Assembly: GCA_965219685.1 (NCBI GenBank)
Contig: CBDCOH010000002.1
Coordinates: 640,001 to 704,000 of the forward strand
Length of the DNA: 64,000 bases
Origin: Candidatus Spongiisociaceae bacterium
GTDB lineage: Bacteria; Actinomycetota; Acidimicrobiia; Spongiisociales; Spongiisociaceae
Direction of reading: 5' to 3'
Under the pieces are notes generated by a model. That model saw nothing but the letters and a program-made list of their open reading frames with translations. It did no database searches and was not told the DNA's origin. The position numbers and the translations under genes were made by a program. This document shows positions 9,645-19,389 of the stretch, piece by piece (the stretch's first letter is position 1; each line of letters begins with the position of its first letter).

Positions 9645-10300
9645 GCGGGGACCCCGGTCCGGTCCTGCGAACCGGCTACCTCGCGCACCTCGGCCACGAA
9701 GTTGGTAAGGACCTGCAGACCGGCCTTTCCGCTGCGTTCCGGATGGAACTGGGTTCCAACCCGGAGCCCGTTCCGTACCGCGGCCGCGAACGGCCGCGGG
9801 TACCTGGCGTAGGCGATGACGATGGACGGGTCCTCCGGCGCCGGAGCGAAGCTGTGGACGAAGTAGAAGGTCGCTCCGGGCTCGATCCGGTCGAAGAGCC
9901 GGTCCCGGGATCCGCCTGCACCGGGCATCTCGATGTCGTTCCAGCCGATGTGGGGGAGCAGTGGGGCGCCGACCAGCTGTCTCACGACTCCCCGGTCGAA
10001 GCCGAGGCAGGGTTCGCCGTCCTCGTCGCTGCTGTCGAAGAACAGTTGGAGCCCGACGCAGATTCCGAGCAGCGGTTCTTCCCAAGCTCTGAGGGGTTCG
10101 AGCAGTCCGGCTTCTCCCAGGCGCGACATGGCGGCGCCGGGGACCCCCACCCCGGGCAGGACCACCGCATGGACCCCTGTCAGCCCTTCCGGCCCGGTCG
10201 CCAGGCGCACGCGGGCACCAGCCCGCTCCAGTCCACGGGCGATGGATACCAGGTTGCCGGCGCCGTGATCTATCACCGCCACCAGCGGCGCTGCGGTCAC
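9641..10300 (-). CDS. hisH: Imidazole glycerol phosphate synthase glutaminase subunit
   Basis: [30 protein letters not shown]. Confidence 0.95.
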   Translation of the reverse strand: MTAAPLVAVIDHGAGNLVSIARGLERAGARVRLATGPEGLTGVHAVVLPGVGVPGAAMSRLGEAGLLEPLRAWEEPLLGICVGLQLFFDSSDEDGEPCLGFDRGVVRQLVGAPLLPHIGWNDIEMPGAGGSRDRLFDRIEPGATFYFVHSFAPAPEDPSIVIAYARYPRPFAAAVRNGLRVGTQFHPERSGKAGLQVLTNFVAEVREVAGSQDRTGVPA

Positions 10301-10899
10301 GCGCCCACCTCTGCGGTGGGAATTCCCTTGGTCGAGGCGATCCCGGCCCGCCTCGCGTCCGGAGCCACGGCAGCTCTCAGTGCCCTCGCCAGAGCCTTGA
10401 ATGCAGCCTCTGCCACGTGGTGGTCGTTGCTGCCCGTTGCTTCGACATGGACGGTGGCGCCCGCTGTCCGGGCGAAGGCCTCCACGGCATGCGGGATGTT
10501 CTGCGTGGTGAGGCTTCCGATGTAGGGGGTGGTCAGGTCGATGTCCGTCGAGCAGTAGGGTCGCCCGCCCACGTCGACCGTCGCCTGCGCCACGGCTTCG
10601 TCCATCGGGATACGGGCGTCGCCGAAGCGTTGTATGCCGGTCCGGTCTCCGAGGGCTCCGGCCAGCGCCTCACCCAGGCATAGTGCCGTGTCCTCGACGG
10701 TGTGGTGGTCGTCGACCTCCCTATCGCCTTCCGTGACGATGGTGAGGTCGAAGAGAGCGTGGTGGGCGAGCGAGGACAGCAGGTGATCGAAGAACCCGAT
10801 CCCCGTGGTCACCTCGGCCCGGCCGGTCCCGTCGAGATCGATCTCGACCGACACGCGTGTTTCCTTGGTGTTGCGCCGGCATCCGGCCTGGCGGGGCAT
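10297..10899 (-). CDS. hisB: Imidazoleglycerol-phosphate dehydratase
   Basis: [30 protein letters not shown]. Confidence 0.96.
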   Translation of the reverse strand: MPRQAGCRRNTKETRVSVEIDLDGTGRAEVTTGIGFFDHLLSSLAHHALFDLTIVTEGDREVDDHHTVEDTALCLGEALAGALGDRTGIQRFGDARIPMDEAVAQATVDVGGRPYCSTDIDLTTPYIGSLTTQNIPHAVEAFARTAGATVHVEATGSNDHHVAEAAFKALARALRAAVAPDARRAGIASTKGIPTAEVGA

Positions 10900-12228
10900 T
10901 CAAGCCTCCTCGCTGTAGCGGTCTTCGTGTGGCAGGGTCGCAGCGGGAGTGGTCTCGAAGCGGACCGAAGCCGCCATGCGGTGGGCATCGAGTCCCTCTG
11001 CGGCAGCCAGTTTCTCGATAACCGGTCGGATCGATTCCAGCCCGGCGCGGGTCAATGTCTGGACCTGCCTCCAGGATCCGAAGTCCCGTACCCCGAGCGG
11101 GCCATGCGACCGTGCCAGTCCTCCGGTGGGCAGGACGTGGTTGGCGCCGGTTGCGTAGTCGCCGGCGGATTCCGGTGACCAGCGGCCCACGTAGACGGAG
11201 CCGGCGTTGACCAGCCGGCCAGCGTCCGAGTCGGCGTTGGCGGTGAGAACCGATGCATGCTCGGGAGCGTACGCATTGGCGAAACTCAGAGCCTCGTCGA
11301 GCGAAGATGCCAGCAGCGCTTCGCCATGGGTTGCCAGGGCGGATCGGAGGATGTCCCTGCGAGGGAGGAGCGGAAGGAACCCGGCGATCTCGTCCTCGAC
11401 CCTGGTAGCCAGGTCCGGGTCGGTGGTAATCAACAAGGCCGGAGAGTCCGGGCCATGTTCCGCCTGGCAGAGAAGGTCGATCGCCACCAACCGGGGATCC
11501 GCCGTGTGGTCGGCCACCACGAGCACCTCGCTGGGTCCGGCCGGGAGGTCGATGGCGCACGTCCCGTACACCTCCAGCTTGGCGGCCGTCACCCAGGCGT
11601 TGCCCGGACCGACGATCTTGTCCACCCTCCGTATGGTCTCGGTACCGAATGCGAGGGTAGCCACAGCCTGCGCGCCTCCCATCGCGTAGACCTCATCCAC
11701 ACCCAGAAGGGCGGACGCCGCCAGAAGGGTCCGATCCAGACCCCCGGTCTCGTCGCAGGGTGACGCGACCACGATCTCGCCGACGCCGGCGACCTGGGCC
11801 GGCACCGCCGTCATCACCAGGGTGGACGGGTAGGAGGCCTTCCCGCCGGGTATGTAGGCGCCCACCCGGCGGAGGGCTGTCCACCGCCGGTCGATCCGGA
11901 CTCCGGGTCGGGTCTCGTGCGAGGAGCTTTCGGGGATCTGCGCCTCGTGGTGCCTTCGCACCGAGTCGATTGCCTCCTCGAGGGCCCGGCGCACCGATGG
12001 GTCGGTGTTCTCGAGAGCGGCGGCGATCTCCCTGGCTCCGACCTTCGGATCCGGCCGTCCGCCGCCGTAGGAGATGCCGGCCTGTGCCAGCGCCCGGTCG
12101 CCGCCTGCCTCGATCGACCGGCAGATTCCGGCCGCCGCCCGGCGTACCTCTCGATCGGGCACCGCTGATCGGCTGACCAGCTTGCGGCGGGCGGCGGGGT
12201 CCAGGTCGGCCAGCCTGCGTACCCTCAT
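10900..12228 (-). CDS. hisD: Histidinol dehydrogenase
   Basis: YIPGGKASYPST, GGAQA, KIVGPGN, AGPSEV, QAEH, YAPEH, NHVLPT; probable start ATG 12228. Confidence 0.95.
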   Translation of the reverse strand: MRVRRLADLDPAARRKLVSRSAVPDREVRRAAAGICRSIEAGGDRALAQAGISYGGGRPDPKVGAREIAAALENTDPSVRRALEEAIDSVRRHHEAQIPESSSHETRPGVRIDRRWTALRRVGAYIPGGKASYPSTLVMTAVPAQVAGVGEIVVASPCDETGGLDRTLLAASALLGVDEVYAMGGAQAVATLAFGTETIRRVDKIVGPGNAWVTAAKLEVYGTCAIDLPAGPSEVLVVADHTADPRLVAIDLLCQAEHGPDSPALLITTDPDLATRVEDEIAGFLPLLPRRDILRSALATHGEALLASSLDEALSFANAYAPEHASVLTANADSDAGRLVNAGSVYVGRWSPESAGDYATGANHVLPTGGLARSHGPLGVRDFGSWRQVQTLTRAGLESIRPVIEKLAAAEGLDAHRMAASVRFETTPAATLPHEDRYSEEA

Positions 12229-12266
12229 CAGGCTTGCCGGAGCCTCGGCAGCTCGGGTAGGCGGGC

Positions 12267-13136
12267 TCACGGCACCAGTTGCCCGATCGGCAGAACGAGG
12301 ATGTCGCGCCCGCCACTCGCCTTCAGCCGGGGCAGGAGATTCCACACTTCGTCCCTCTCAACCACCGAGTGGATCGCCACCATCCCGTCCTCCGCGAGTG
12401 GGATCACGGTGGGAGCCTCGAGCCCGGGGATCAGGGCGCTTATTACGGGCAGGGCCTCCCGAGGAGCGTTGAGGAGCAGGTAGCGCCTGCGCCGGCCCGC
12501 GAGAACCGACTCGAGGGCGGTCACGACCGTGTCCAACTCCGTATTCGTTCCCGCACCGGAGGACTCCCCCACCAGTACTGCTTGGCTGCTCAAGATGGGG
12601 AGCACGGGGCGCAGGCCGTTGATCATCAGCGTGCTCCCGGTCGAGACCAGGTCGGCGACCGCGTCGGCTACGCCCAGTTTGGGGGCCACCTCCACCGATC
12701 CCCGGAGGCGAACCACTTCGACGGCCACGCCATGCCCGGTGAAGTAGCCGCCGGTCAGGTTGGGGTGCGAGGTGGCCACCCGCAGACCGGCAAAGTCCGC
12801 AGGCCGCCGGTAGCCCGCCTCTCTCGGTGCGGCTACGGTCAGTTCGCACCGGCCGAAGCCGAGCGGGAGAACCACTCCTACGGTCTCGGGCGGTCTGCAG
12901 GCCTCCTCCAACAGGTCGAGGCCCGTGATCCCGAGGTCCGCCACCCCGTCCGCCACCAACTCGACGACATCCTCGGTGCGCACGAAGAGCAGGTCGATGT
13001 CGGCGTTTCGCACCTTCACCGAGAGGGCTCTCTCGGTTTGCTCGAAGGCGAGCCCCGCTTCGCGCAGCAGTCTGAGGGTCGGTTCCCTCATGCGACCCTT
13101 GTTGGGAACAGCCAGGCGTAAGGTTCCGCTAGCCAT
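12267..13136 (-). CDS. hisG: ATP phosphoribosyltransferase (long form)
   Basis: LAVPNKGR, DLGITGLD, GSVEVAP, DLVSTGSTL, C-terminal regulatory domain. Confidence 0.95.
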   Translation of the reverse strand: MASGTLRLAVPNKGRMREPTLRLLREAGLAFEQTERALSVKVRNADIDLLFVRTEDVVELVADGVADLGITGLDLLEEACRPPETVGVVLPLGFGRCELTVAAPREAGYRRPADFAGLRVATSHPNLTGGYFTGHGVAVEVVRLRGSVEVAPKLGVADAVADLVSTGSTLMINGLRPVLPILSSQAVLVGESSGAGTNTELDTVVTALESVLAGRRRRYLLLNAPREALPVISALIPGLEAPTVIPLAEDGMVAIHSVVERDEVWNLLPRLKASGGRDILVLPIGQLVP

Positions 13137-13437
13137 TGTCAATCCCTCTCGCTCGTTCCAGCGCGAGGCGGTAGCCGCCCATGCCGTGACGCCGCCACTC
13201 GTTGACTCGACCTATCGTGGTTGTCGACACTCCGGTCCGCTCCGAGATCTCCCGGTAGGGCAGGCCGGCTTCCAGCAAGGTGGCAACCGTCCACCTACTC
13301 GACAACTCGTCGATCTCGTTGCGGGTGCAGAGGTCGCGTAGGAACAGGGCCATCTCATCCTCGGTCCTTAGCGTCAGAAGGGCGCGACACAGGGATCCGA
13401 GTTCATCGGTCTTCCATGCGTCCCGGCGGTTGATCAC
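13129..13437 (-). CDS. TrpR-like YerC/YecD family regulator (HisR-like)
   Basis: FLRDLCTRNEIDELSSRW and YREISERTGVSTTTIGRV HTH; first gene of the his operon. Confidence 0.88.
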   Translation of the reverse strand: MINRRDAWKTDELGSLCRALLTLRTEDEMALFLRDLCTRNEIDELSSRWTVATLLEAGLPYREISERTGVSTTTIGRVNEWRRHGMGGYRLALERARGIDNG

Positions 13438-13495
13438 CTGGCATCCTTCCCTTCTCGGCCGGGCCGGCAGGCGAATATCAGCCCGTGGTCGGCCC

Positions 13496-13525
13496 ACTAG
13501 TGTATTAGCACACTATCACATTAGT
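13496..13525. promoter_or_regulatory. Imperfect palindrome, candidate HisR operator
   Basis: ACTAGTGTATTAGCACACTATCACATTAGT; 20 of 30 positions self-complementary; AT-rich; about 60 nt upstream of the TrpR-like gene. Confidence 0.65.
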
Positions 13526-13531
13526 GGGTTA

Positions 13532-14950
13532 CTAGGGAATCGAGGGGGATAGGTTGCCCCAGCCGGTGGCCCGCTCCCAGGCGTACGCCAGTTCGAGGAC
13601 CGAACGGTCGGCTTGGTGGCGGCCGACGAACTGGACGCCGACCGGGAGTCCTCCCGTGGTGAAACCGGCGGGGACGGAGATCGCGGGATGGGTCGTGACG
13701 GTTATGTCGCTGCACGCCCGCATCCAGTCGATGTAGGTCTCGAGGTGCTTGCCATCGATCTCTCGCGGGTACTCGATCTCTATCGGGAATGGCGGGACCT
13801 GCGTCACGGGGCACGCCAGGAAGTCGAATCCACCGCCCTCAGGAGACATGAACTCATCGATGAGGGCGAAGATCCGGGTGTGGCGGCGGCATGCGTCCGC
13901 ATAGCCGTCGATGGTCATCGATAGTCCCCTCTCGATGTTCCATACCACCGTCTCCTTCATCAGGTGGCGATACTCGGCCAGCAGAGGTCCGAACCTGAGC
14001 GCGAACTGCCACGCTCGCCTCGCTTGGAACACATCGGGAGCGTCGGAGAGGTCCGGCCAGGCCGGGACGACATCGCATCCGAGGTCCGAGAGGATGTCGG
14101 GAACGCCGGCCAGGGCCTCTCGGATGGCGGGATCGGTGGGGAGACCCCCCGCGTCAGGCGACCACGCGACCCGGAGGCCCGCCATTTCCCGCTCCAGGGA
14201 ACCGGCGAAGGAATCCGATGACTCCGCTATCGAGAGCGGCGCACGTGGGTCCGGTCCTGCCATCGCCCTCAGATAGAGGGCCACATCGGCCACCGTGCGG
14301 GCCATCGGGCCCTCCACGGAGAGCGGGAACCAGGCATCCTGGGCGGTGGTCGAGGGTATCCGGCCGGGGGAGGGGCGGAATCCCACGATGTTGCAGAAAG
14401 CAGCCGGGTTCCGCAGGGAGCCGCCCAGATCCGACCCGTCGCACAGAGGCAGCATGCGAGCCGCCAGTGCCACCGCGGCGCCGCCGCTACTACCCCCGCA
14501 GGTACGTCCGAGGTCGTACGGGTTGAGCGTCGGTCCGAACACTTCGTTGAACGTGTGCGAGCCGGCTCCGAACTCGGGTGTGTTCGTCTTCCCGACGGTC
14601 ACCGCACCGGCCCTGCGTTGCCGCTCCACCACCAGGGAGTCCACATCGGGGACGAAGTCGGCGAACACGAGAGACCCGAAGGTGGTACGCACCCCTGCAG
14701 TGAGAGCCAGGTCCTTGTGGGCCACCGGCAGTCCGTGCAGGAGGCCGAGCGACTCGCCCCTGGCGTGCGCCCGGTCGGCGGCTGCCGCCTGTTCGAATGC
14801 CCTCTCCGGTGTGAGGGTCACGAGCGCATTGACCACGGGGTTCAGGGCCTCGATGCGGCCCAGGTGCGCTTGGAGGAGTTCTCGGGCGCTTATGTCTCCC
14901 CCGGTAAGCATCACGGCCATCTCCGAGGCCGGCAGCGAGCAGACGTCCAT
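13532..14950 (-). CDS. Amidase (amidase-signature family)
   Basis: GLPVAHKD, GKTNTPEF, GGSSGG, GSDLGGSLRNPA; start ATG 14950. Confidence 0.93.
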   Translation of the reverse strand: MDVCSLPASEMAVMLTGGDISARELLQAHLGRIEALNPVVNALVTLTPERAFEQAAAADRAHARGESLGLLHGLPVAHKDLALTAGVRTTFGSLVFADFVPDVDSLVVERQRRAGAVTVGKTNTPEFGAGSHTFNEVFGPTLNPYDLGRTCGGSSGGAAVALAARMLPLCDGSDLGGSLRNPAAFCNIVGFRPSPGRIPSTTAQDAWFPLSVEGPMARTVADVALYLRAMAGPDPRAPLSIAESSDSFAGSLEREMAGLRVAWSPDAGGLPTDPAIREALAGVPDILSDLGCDVVPAWPDLSDAPDVFQARRAWQFALRFGPLLAEYRHLMKETVVWNIERGLSMTIDGYADACRRHTRIFALIDEFMSPEGGGFDFLACPVTQVPPFPIEIEYPREIDGKHLETYIDWMRACSDITVTTHPAISVPAGFTTGGLPVGVQFVGRHQADRSVLELAYAWERATGWGNLSPSIP

Positions 14951-15052
14951 ACCTGTATTTGACCACACTGCAGCCGTTGACTTGTAGGAGGTGGTCCAAG
15001 ACGGTGGGTAGCAGCTGCCTGTTGCGTCTGCCCAGGCATGATTACCGGATAG

Positions 15053-15070
15053 ATGGGTAGTACAACCCAT
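15053..15070. promoter_or_regulatory. Palindrome upstream of vapBC, candidate autoregulatory operator
   Basis: ATGGGTAGTACAACCCAT (16/18 self-complementary); -10-like TACGCT at 15087-15092. Confidence 0.55.
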
Positions 15071-15099
15071 AAATATGACCACATGGTACGCTCACGCAG

Positions 15100-15342
15100 A
15101 TGCGTACGACGATCGAAGTCCATGACGAATTGTTCCGGAAGGTGAAACAACTGGCTGCAGCCGAGGGGGTAACCCTTCGCGAGATCGTGGAGTCGGGGAT
15201 GCGTGCTGAGTTGGCGCGCCGGCGGAGGGGTCGGTACAGGATGCCGGACCGATCCTTCGAAGGCGAGGGTCTTCAGCCCGGAGTCGTTGAGGGTGACTGG
15301 GGAACCATCCGCGATGCAATCTATGCCGGGCGCGGTACGTGA
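15100..15342 (+). CDS. vapB: VapB-type antitoxin
   Basis: MRTTIEVHDELF RHH-like start; overlaps a downstream PIN gene. Confidence 0.85.
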   Translation: MRTTIEVHDELFRKVKQLAAAEGVTLREIVESGMRAELARRRRGRYRMPDRSFEGEGLQPGVVEGDWGTIRDAIYAGRGT

Positions 15343-15782
15343 TCGCTGTCGACACCAACATCCTGGTGTACGCACATAGACGCGACTCGGACTTCCACCC
15401 GCTAGCGGCAAGGGCGGTCCGTTCCCTGGCGGAAGGCAGAGCTACCTGGGCTGTTCCCTGGCCTTGCTTGCATGAGTTCCTCGCCATCGTCACCCACCCG
15501 CGCATCTATAGACCCCCCACACCGACTACCGCTGCCGTGGAACAGGTGAATGTCTGGCTCGACTCGCCCTCGCTGGTCGTGCTACATGAGACCGATGACC
15601 ACTGGGGCCTTCTGTCGGAACTCGTAATCTCGGCCAAGATCTCGGGTCCCAGGGTGCACGATGCACGGATAGCAGCGATCTGCATTGCGAACGGCGTGAG
15701 AGTCCTCTGGTCGGCCGATCGCGACTTCGGCAGGTTCCCGATACAGGTAAGAAACCCTACGGTTGGACCGTCTGCCGGGTGA
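15339..15782 (+). CDS. vapC: VapC PIN-domain toxin
   Basis: MIAVDTNILVYA, EFLAIVTHPRI, VHDARIAA, SADRDF. Confidence 0.92.
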   Translation: MIAVDTNILVYAHRRDSDFHPLAARAVRSLAEGRATWAVPWPCLHEFLAIVTHPRIYRPPTPTTAAVEQVNVWLDSPSLVVLHETDDHWGLLSELVISAKISGPRVHDARIAAICIANGVRVLWSADRDFGRFPIQVRNPTVGPSAG

Positions 15783-15916
15783 GTGACCATCATTCGGCCC
15801 TACCGCCATCGGCGCCGGCTCTGGCAGAAGGAGTTCGCCGGGGGACGGCGGTAAAGTTCCGAGCGGGCAGCGGCTTGTCCTCCGTACTCCGATTGTGAAG
15901 GGTGTGGGTGTGCGCG

Positions 15917-16639
15917 ATGGAGATATACCCGGCGATCGATGTCCTAGACGGCAAAGTGGTTCGTCTGTTCCAGGGCGACTACGGCGCCGCGACCACCTAC
16001 GGCGACTCGGTCGAGGATCAGTTGTCGGCCTGGATGGAGGCGGGCGCCCGATGGGTTCATGTGATCGACCTGGGCGGGGCCCGTTCTGGCGAACCGGATC
16101 CCGGCCTGTGGCGCAAGGTGACCGGTCGGGGGGTGTCGGTGCAGGTGGGAGGCGGCATCAGGAGTGTCGATGACGTGTCCGCGGCGCTCGAGTGCGGGGT
16201 GACCAGGGTCATCATGGGCACCAGCGCGGTCTGGTCGCCCTCGATCCTCGAAGAGGCGATCGCGCGCAGCGACCCTCGTCGTGTGGTAGCAGCCATCGAT
16301 GTGCGGGATGGGCGGGCTGGCGGAGCGGGCTGGCTCGACGAGGGTCGGGAGTTCCGACAGGTCGTGAAGGGCGCCCTGGAAGTTGGCGTGACCGTTTTCC
16401 TGGTCACGGCGATAAACCGTGACGGCACGCTGAGCGGCCCGGATCTGCAGCTACTCGGGAAGGTCCGGTTGGTGGCCCCCGACGCCGAGATAATGGCCGC
16501 AGGAGGCATAGCCCGCAGGGAAGACCTGCAGAGTCTGGCTGCCGCCGGGATCGACGGCGCCGTGATCGGCCGAGCCCTCTACGAAGGAACCATCGACCTG
16601 CGAGTTGCGTTGGCCTCCTTCGACACGGCCTCCCGCTGA
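15917..16639 (+). CDS. hisA: ProFAR isomerase HisA
   Basis: IYPAIDVLDGKVVRLFQGDY, QVGGGIRS, TAINRDGTLSGPD, IGRALY. Confidence 0.93.
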   Translation: MEIYPAIDVLDGKVVRLFQGDYGAATTYGDSVEDQLSAWMEAGARWVHVIDLGGARSGEPDPGLWRKVTGRGVSVQVGGGIRSVDDVSAALECGVTRVIMGTSAVWSPSILEEAIARSDPRRVVAAIDVRDGRAGGAGWLDEGREFRQVVKGALEVGVTVFLVTAINRDGTLSGPDLQLLGKVRLVAPDAEIMAAGGIARREDLQSLAAAGIDGAVIGRALYEGTIDLRVALASFDTASR

Positions 16640-16755
16640 GTGAGTGCCCAAGAGTGGGAGTGAGTGGTTGAGCCCGCCTCCCGCGGTTCGGAATCGGTAA
16701 GACTCGATCAGTGCAAGCTAATAGAGCACGATATATTAATATCCATCACCAGCCA

Positions 16756-17901
16756 CTAGAACCAGTCCGAGGGCTTGGCGACCGTGTTCACCATGAGCGT
16801 ATCGACAACCGCCCGCATGGCTTCGCGCTCCGATGCTCCGACTTCCAGTGCTTGCCGGTAAACGGTGAGCTGGTGGTCCGCGGACGTGCCACGCCGACAG
16901 ATGGTTCGTATGTGCTCCACTTCTTCGATGCATCCGAGTTCTTCCGCATCGGGTGTCACCAGGGCGATCAACTCCTCCATCAGATCGGCAAACGGGACCA
17001 GGTCACCCTTGCCGAAGTCGATCAAGCTCTCGTGGACCCCGTACCGTTGTGCTCTCCAGAGGTTCTCGGACACGAGGAAGTTCGCATAGGTCCTCCACCG
17101 CTGGTTCTCCATACGCAGCCGCCAGAGCATTCGGAGGATGCAGACGTACAGGGCCGCGATAGAGGTAGTGTCTTCCATCCGGGTCGGGAGATCGGTTACC
17201 CGCATTTCCAGGGTCGGATACCGTGCCGAAGGCCGGATGTCCCACCACACTTTCGAGGAGTCATCGATGATCCCGGCGTTCACCAGCACTTGGACATGGC
17301 GCTGGTAGTCGGCCCACGAACTGAAGTGCTCCGGCAAACCGGTGCGGGGTGCGGCGCCGAAGACGGAAGGGCGATAGCTCTTGAGGCCGGTGTCCCTACC
17401 CTCCCAGAACGGCGAGGAGCCGGACAACGCGAGCAGATGCGGGAGGAAGTACGTGACCTGTCCCATGAGGTCGATCCTCAACTCCGGGTCTTCGATGCCG
17501 ACATGCACATGGAGGCCCGAGATGACCAGCCGCCGGATCACTCCCTGGAGGTCTGCGGCCAGTTCCTGGTAGCGCTTGGCCTGAGTGACCTGCTGTTCCT
17601 CCCACTGTGCGAAGGGGTGGGTGGAGACGGCTATCGGCGCCAGCCCGTATTCCGCCGCGGCTTCCGCCACCGCAATCCTCAGGAGTCCGATCTCGGCGCG
17701 CAGGTCCTGGATGCTGGTGCACACCTCGGTGCCGATCTCGATCTGGGAACTGAAGAATTCGGGGCTGACGATGCCGTGGTGCAGGGAACTGACCTGTTCC
17801 ATCAGCCCCCTGGGCTGGGTACTGATCAGCGCGCCCGTGTCCTGCTCCACGAGCAGGTATTCCTCCTCGACCCCGATGGTCCAACTCGGTTCTTCGATCA
17901 T
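16756..17901 (-). CDS. Carboxylate-amine ligase YbdK / GCS2 family
   Basis: TIGVEEEY, GLHVHVG, SSPFW, WWDIRPS, TLEMR, WRAQRYG; start ATG 17901. Confidence 0.92.
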   Translation of the reverse strand: MIEEPSWTIGVEEEYLLVEQDTGALISTQPRGLMEQVSSLHHGIVSPEFFSSQIEIGTEVCTSIQDLRAEIGLLRIAVAEAAAEYGLAPIAVSTHPFAQWEEQQVTQAKRYQELAADLQGVIRRLVISGLHVHVGIEDPELRIDLMGQVTYFLPHLLALSGSSPFWEGRDTGLKSYRPSVFGAAPRTGLPEHFSSWADYQRHVQVLVNAGIIDDSSKVWWDIRPSARYPTLEMRVTDLPTRMEDTTSIAALYVCILRMLWRLRMENQRWRTYANFLVSENLWRAQRYGVHESLIDFGKGDLVPFADLMEELIALVTPDAEELGCIEEVEHIRTICRRGTSADHQLTVYRQALEVGASEREAMRAVVDTLMVNTVAKPSDWF

Positions 17902-18737
17902 TGGTCCAAGGGTAGCGGTACACGATCGACCTGAAGGTGAACGCTTCGTTGCCTGATCGCTTCGAAGAGGACGATCCCGGCCGCGGTGGAGGCGTTGAGC
18001 GAGTCGGCGGTGCCGCCCATGGGGATCCTGACCGCTGGGTAGCGACCGTCCAGCCAGGCGCCGGTCAATCCGTACTGCTCGGACCCGATGACCACCGCCA
18101 CCGGTCCCAGGTATGACACCTCCCAGTGGTTCAACCGGGCAGAAGGAGAGGTGACGAATGTTTCGAGACTCCACTCCTGGAGCCAGGCCATCACGTCCGT
18201 GGCCGTGCCGACGGCCAGGGGGACCGTGAACAGAGAGCCCAGGGATGCGCGCACCACGTTGGGATTGAACGGGTCGGTAGCGGGGTCGGCCACCACCGCC
18301 GCTGCCACCCCCGCCGCGTCGGCGGTTCGAAGCATCGTGCCGAGGTTTCCGGGCTTCTCGATGGCCTCCACCACCAGCACCAGCCCGTCCTCGGGCAAAC
18401 CGAGTCCGTCCAGGCTCGTCTCGAACTGTGGGGCTACGGCCAGGAGACCCTCCGGCCGGTCCCGGTAGGCAGCCTTCCGGAACGGGACAGGGGCCAGACG
18501 GTGGAGCCGTGCGCCGGTCGCCGCGATCCGGTCCACGAGACCCGGTTCGTTGGTTCCCAGGAACAGTTCCTCGCAGACGAATAGATCGTCGATGCGAGCG
18601 CCCGCCTCGACCGCTCGTGCCAACTCACGGAAGCCCTCGACCAGGAATACCCGCTCCGCTTCCCGATGACGGCGGCTGCGCAACCGCACGAGACGCTTGA
18701 CCTTGGGATTGGCCGCTGACGTGATGGTTCGGGTCAA
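17898..18737 (-). CDS. TrmH/SpoU family RNA methyltransferase
   Basis: ITSAANPKVK, EKPGNLGTMLRTA, GSEQYG, IPMGGTADSLN. Confidence 0.92.
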   Translation of the reverse strand: MTRTITSAANPKVKRLVRLRSRRHREAERVFLVEGFRELARAVEAGARIDDLFVCEELFLGTNEPGLVDRIAATGARLHRLAPVPFRKAAYRDRPEGLLAVAPQFETSLDGLGLPEDGLVLVVEAIEKPGNLGTMLRTADAAGVAAAVVADPATDPFNPNVVRASLGSLFTVPLAVGTATDVMAWLQEWSLETFVTSPSARLNHWEVSYLGPVAVVIGSEQYGLTGAWLDGRYPAVRIPMGGTADSLNASTAAGIVLFEAIRQRSVHLQVDRVPLPLDQ

Positions 18738-19366
18738 GCCGGGGGTCCCGGGCGGGGGTCGGCCGCCGGTGGACCACCCTTCCAGCGTCCCCAGTGGATC
18801 ACGTCGCCGTCCGGCCGCCATCCGCGTTCCAATGATCCCGAGCGCCGGTCGGGTGCAGGATGGCCGAGCGTCACCACCCCGATCGGCGTGTACTCATCCG
18901 GGATCCCCAGCAAGTCCTTCAGCCCCGGAAGGGCGTGCGTTCCCAGAAACCCGGCAGCCAGTCCCTCGTCCACCGCGGCCAGCAGGATGTTCTGGAGGGA
19001 GGCGCCGGCATCGATCCACCAGTAGGGAACCGGCCACCGTATCTCCCGTCCGTCCACCAGTTTGTCGGCCTCCCGGTAACGGCGCCGGTAGGCCTCCTCG
19101 GATACGCAGATGGCGATGTGCACGGGTGCCCGGCTTATCCAGGGGTCAAACCCGGCCTGCACGTACGACTGCTCGCCCGCCAATTCGGCGATGGCCCTGC
19201 GGTCCCCTTGGTCGGTTACCACTACGAACGCCTGTCCCTGCGAGAATCCGGCGCTGGGGGATCGCCGTCCCGTCTGCACGATGCGGGCCAGCGTCACCGG
19301 ATCCACCGCTTGCCGCGTGTAATTGCGCACCATCCTCCGTCGGGTGATGACCTCCTGGAACTCCAT
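18734..19366 (-). CDS. Nitroreductase family protein
   Basis: RRMVRNY, SPSAGFSQG, DAGASLQNILLAAVDEGL. Confidence 0.9.
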   Translation of the reverse strand: MEFQEVITRRRMVRNYTRQAVDPVTLARIVQTGRRSPSAGFSQGQAFVVVTDQGDRRAIAELAGEQSYVQAGFDPWISRAPVHIAICVSEEAYRRRYREADKLVDGREIRWPVPYWWIDAGASLQNILLAAVDEGLAAGFLGTHALPGLKDLLGIPDEYTPIGVVTLGHPAPDRRSGSLERGWRPDGDVIHWGRWKGGPPAADPRPGPPA

Positions 19367-19389
19367 GCTCCGACGCTAGCGGATGGGTG

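Noticed and set aside
16726-16745. AT-rich near-palindrome GATATATTAATATC between hisA and ybdK
   Set aside because: Short, single, and between convergent 3' ends; no function can be supported.
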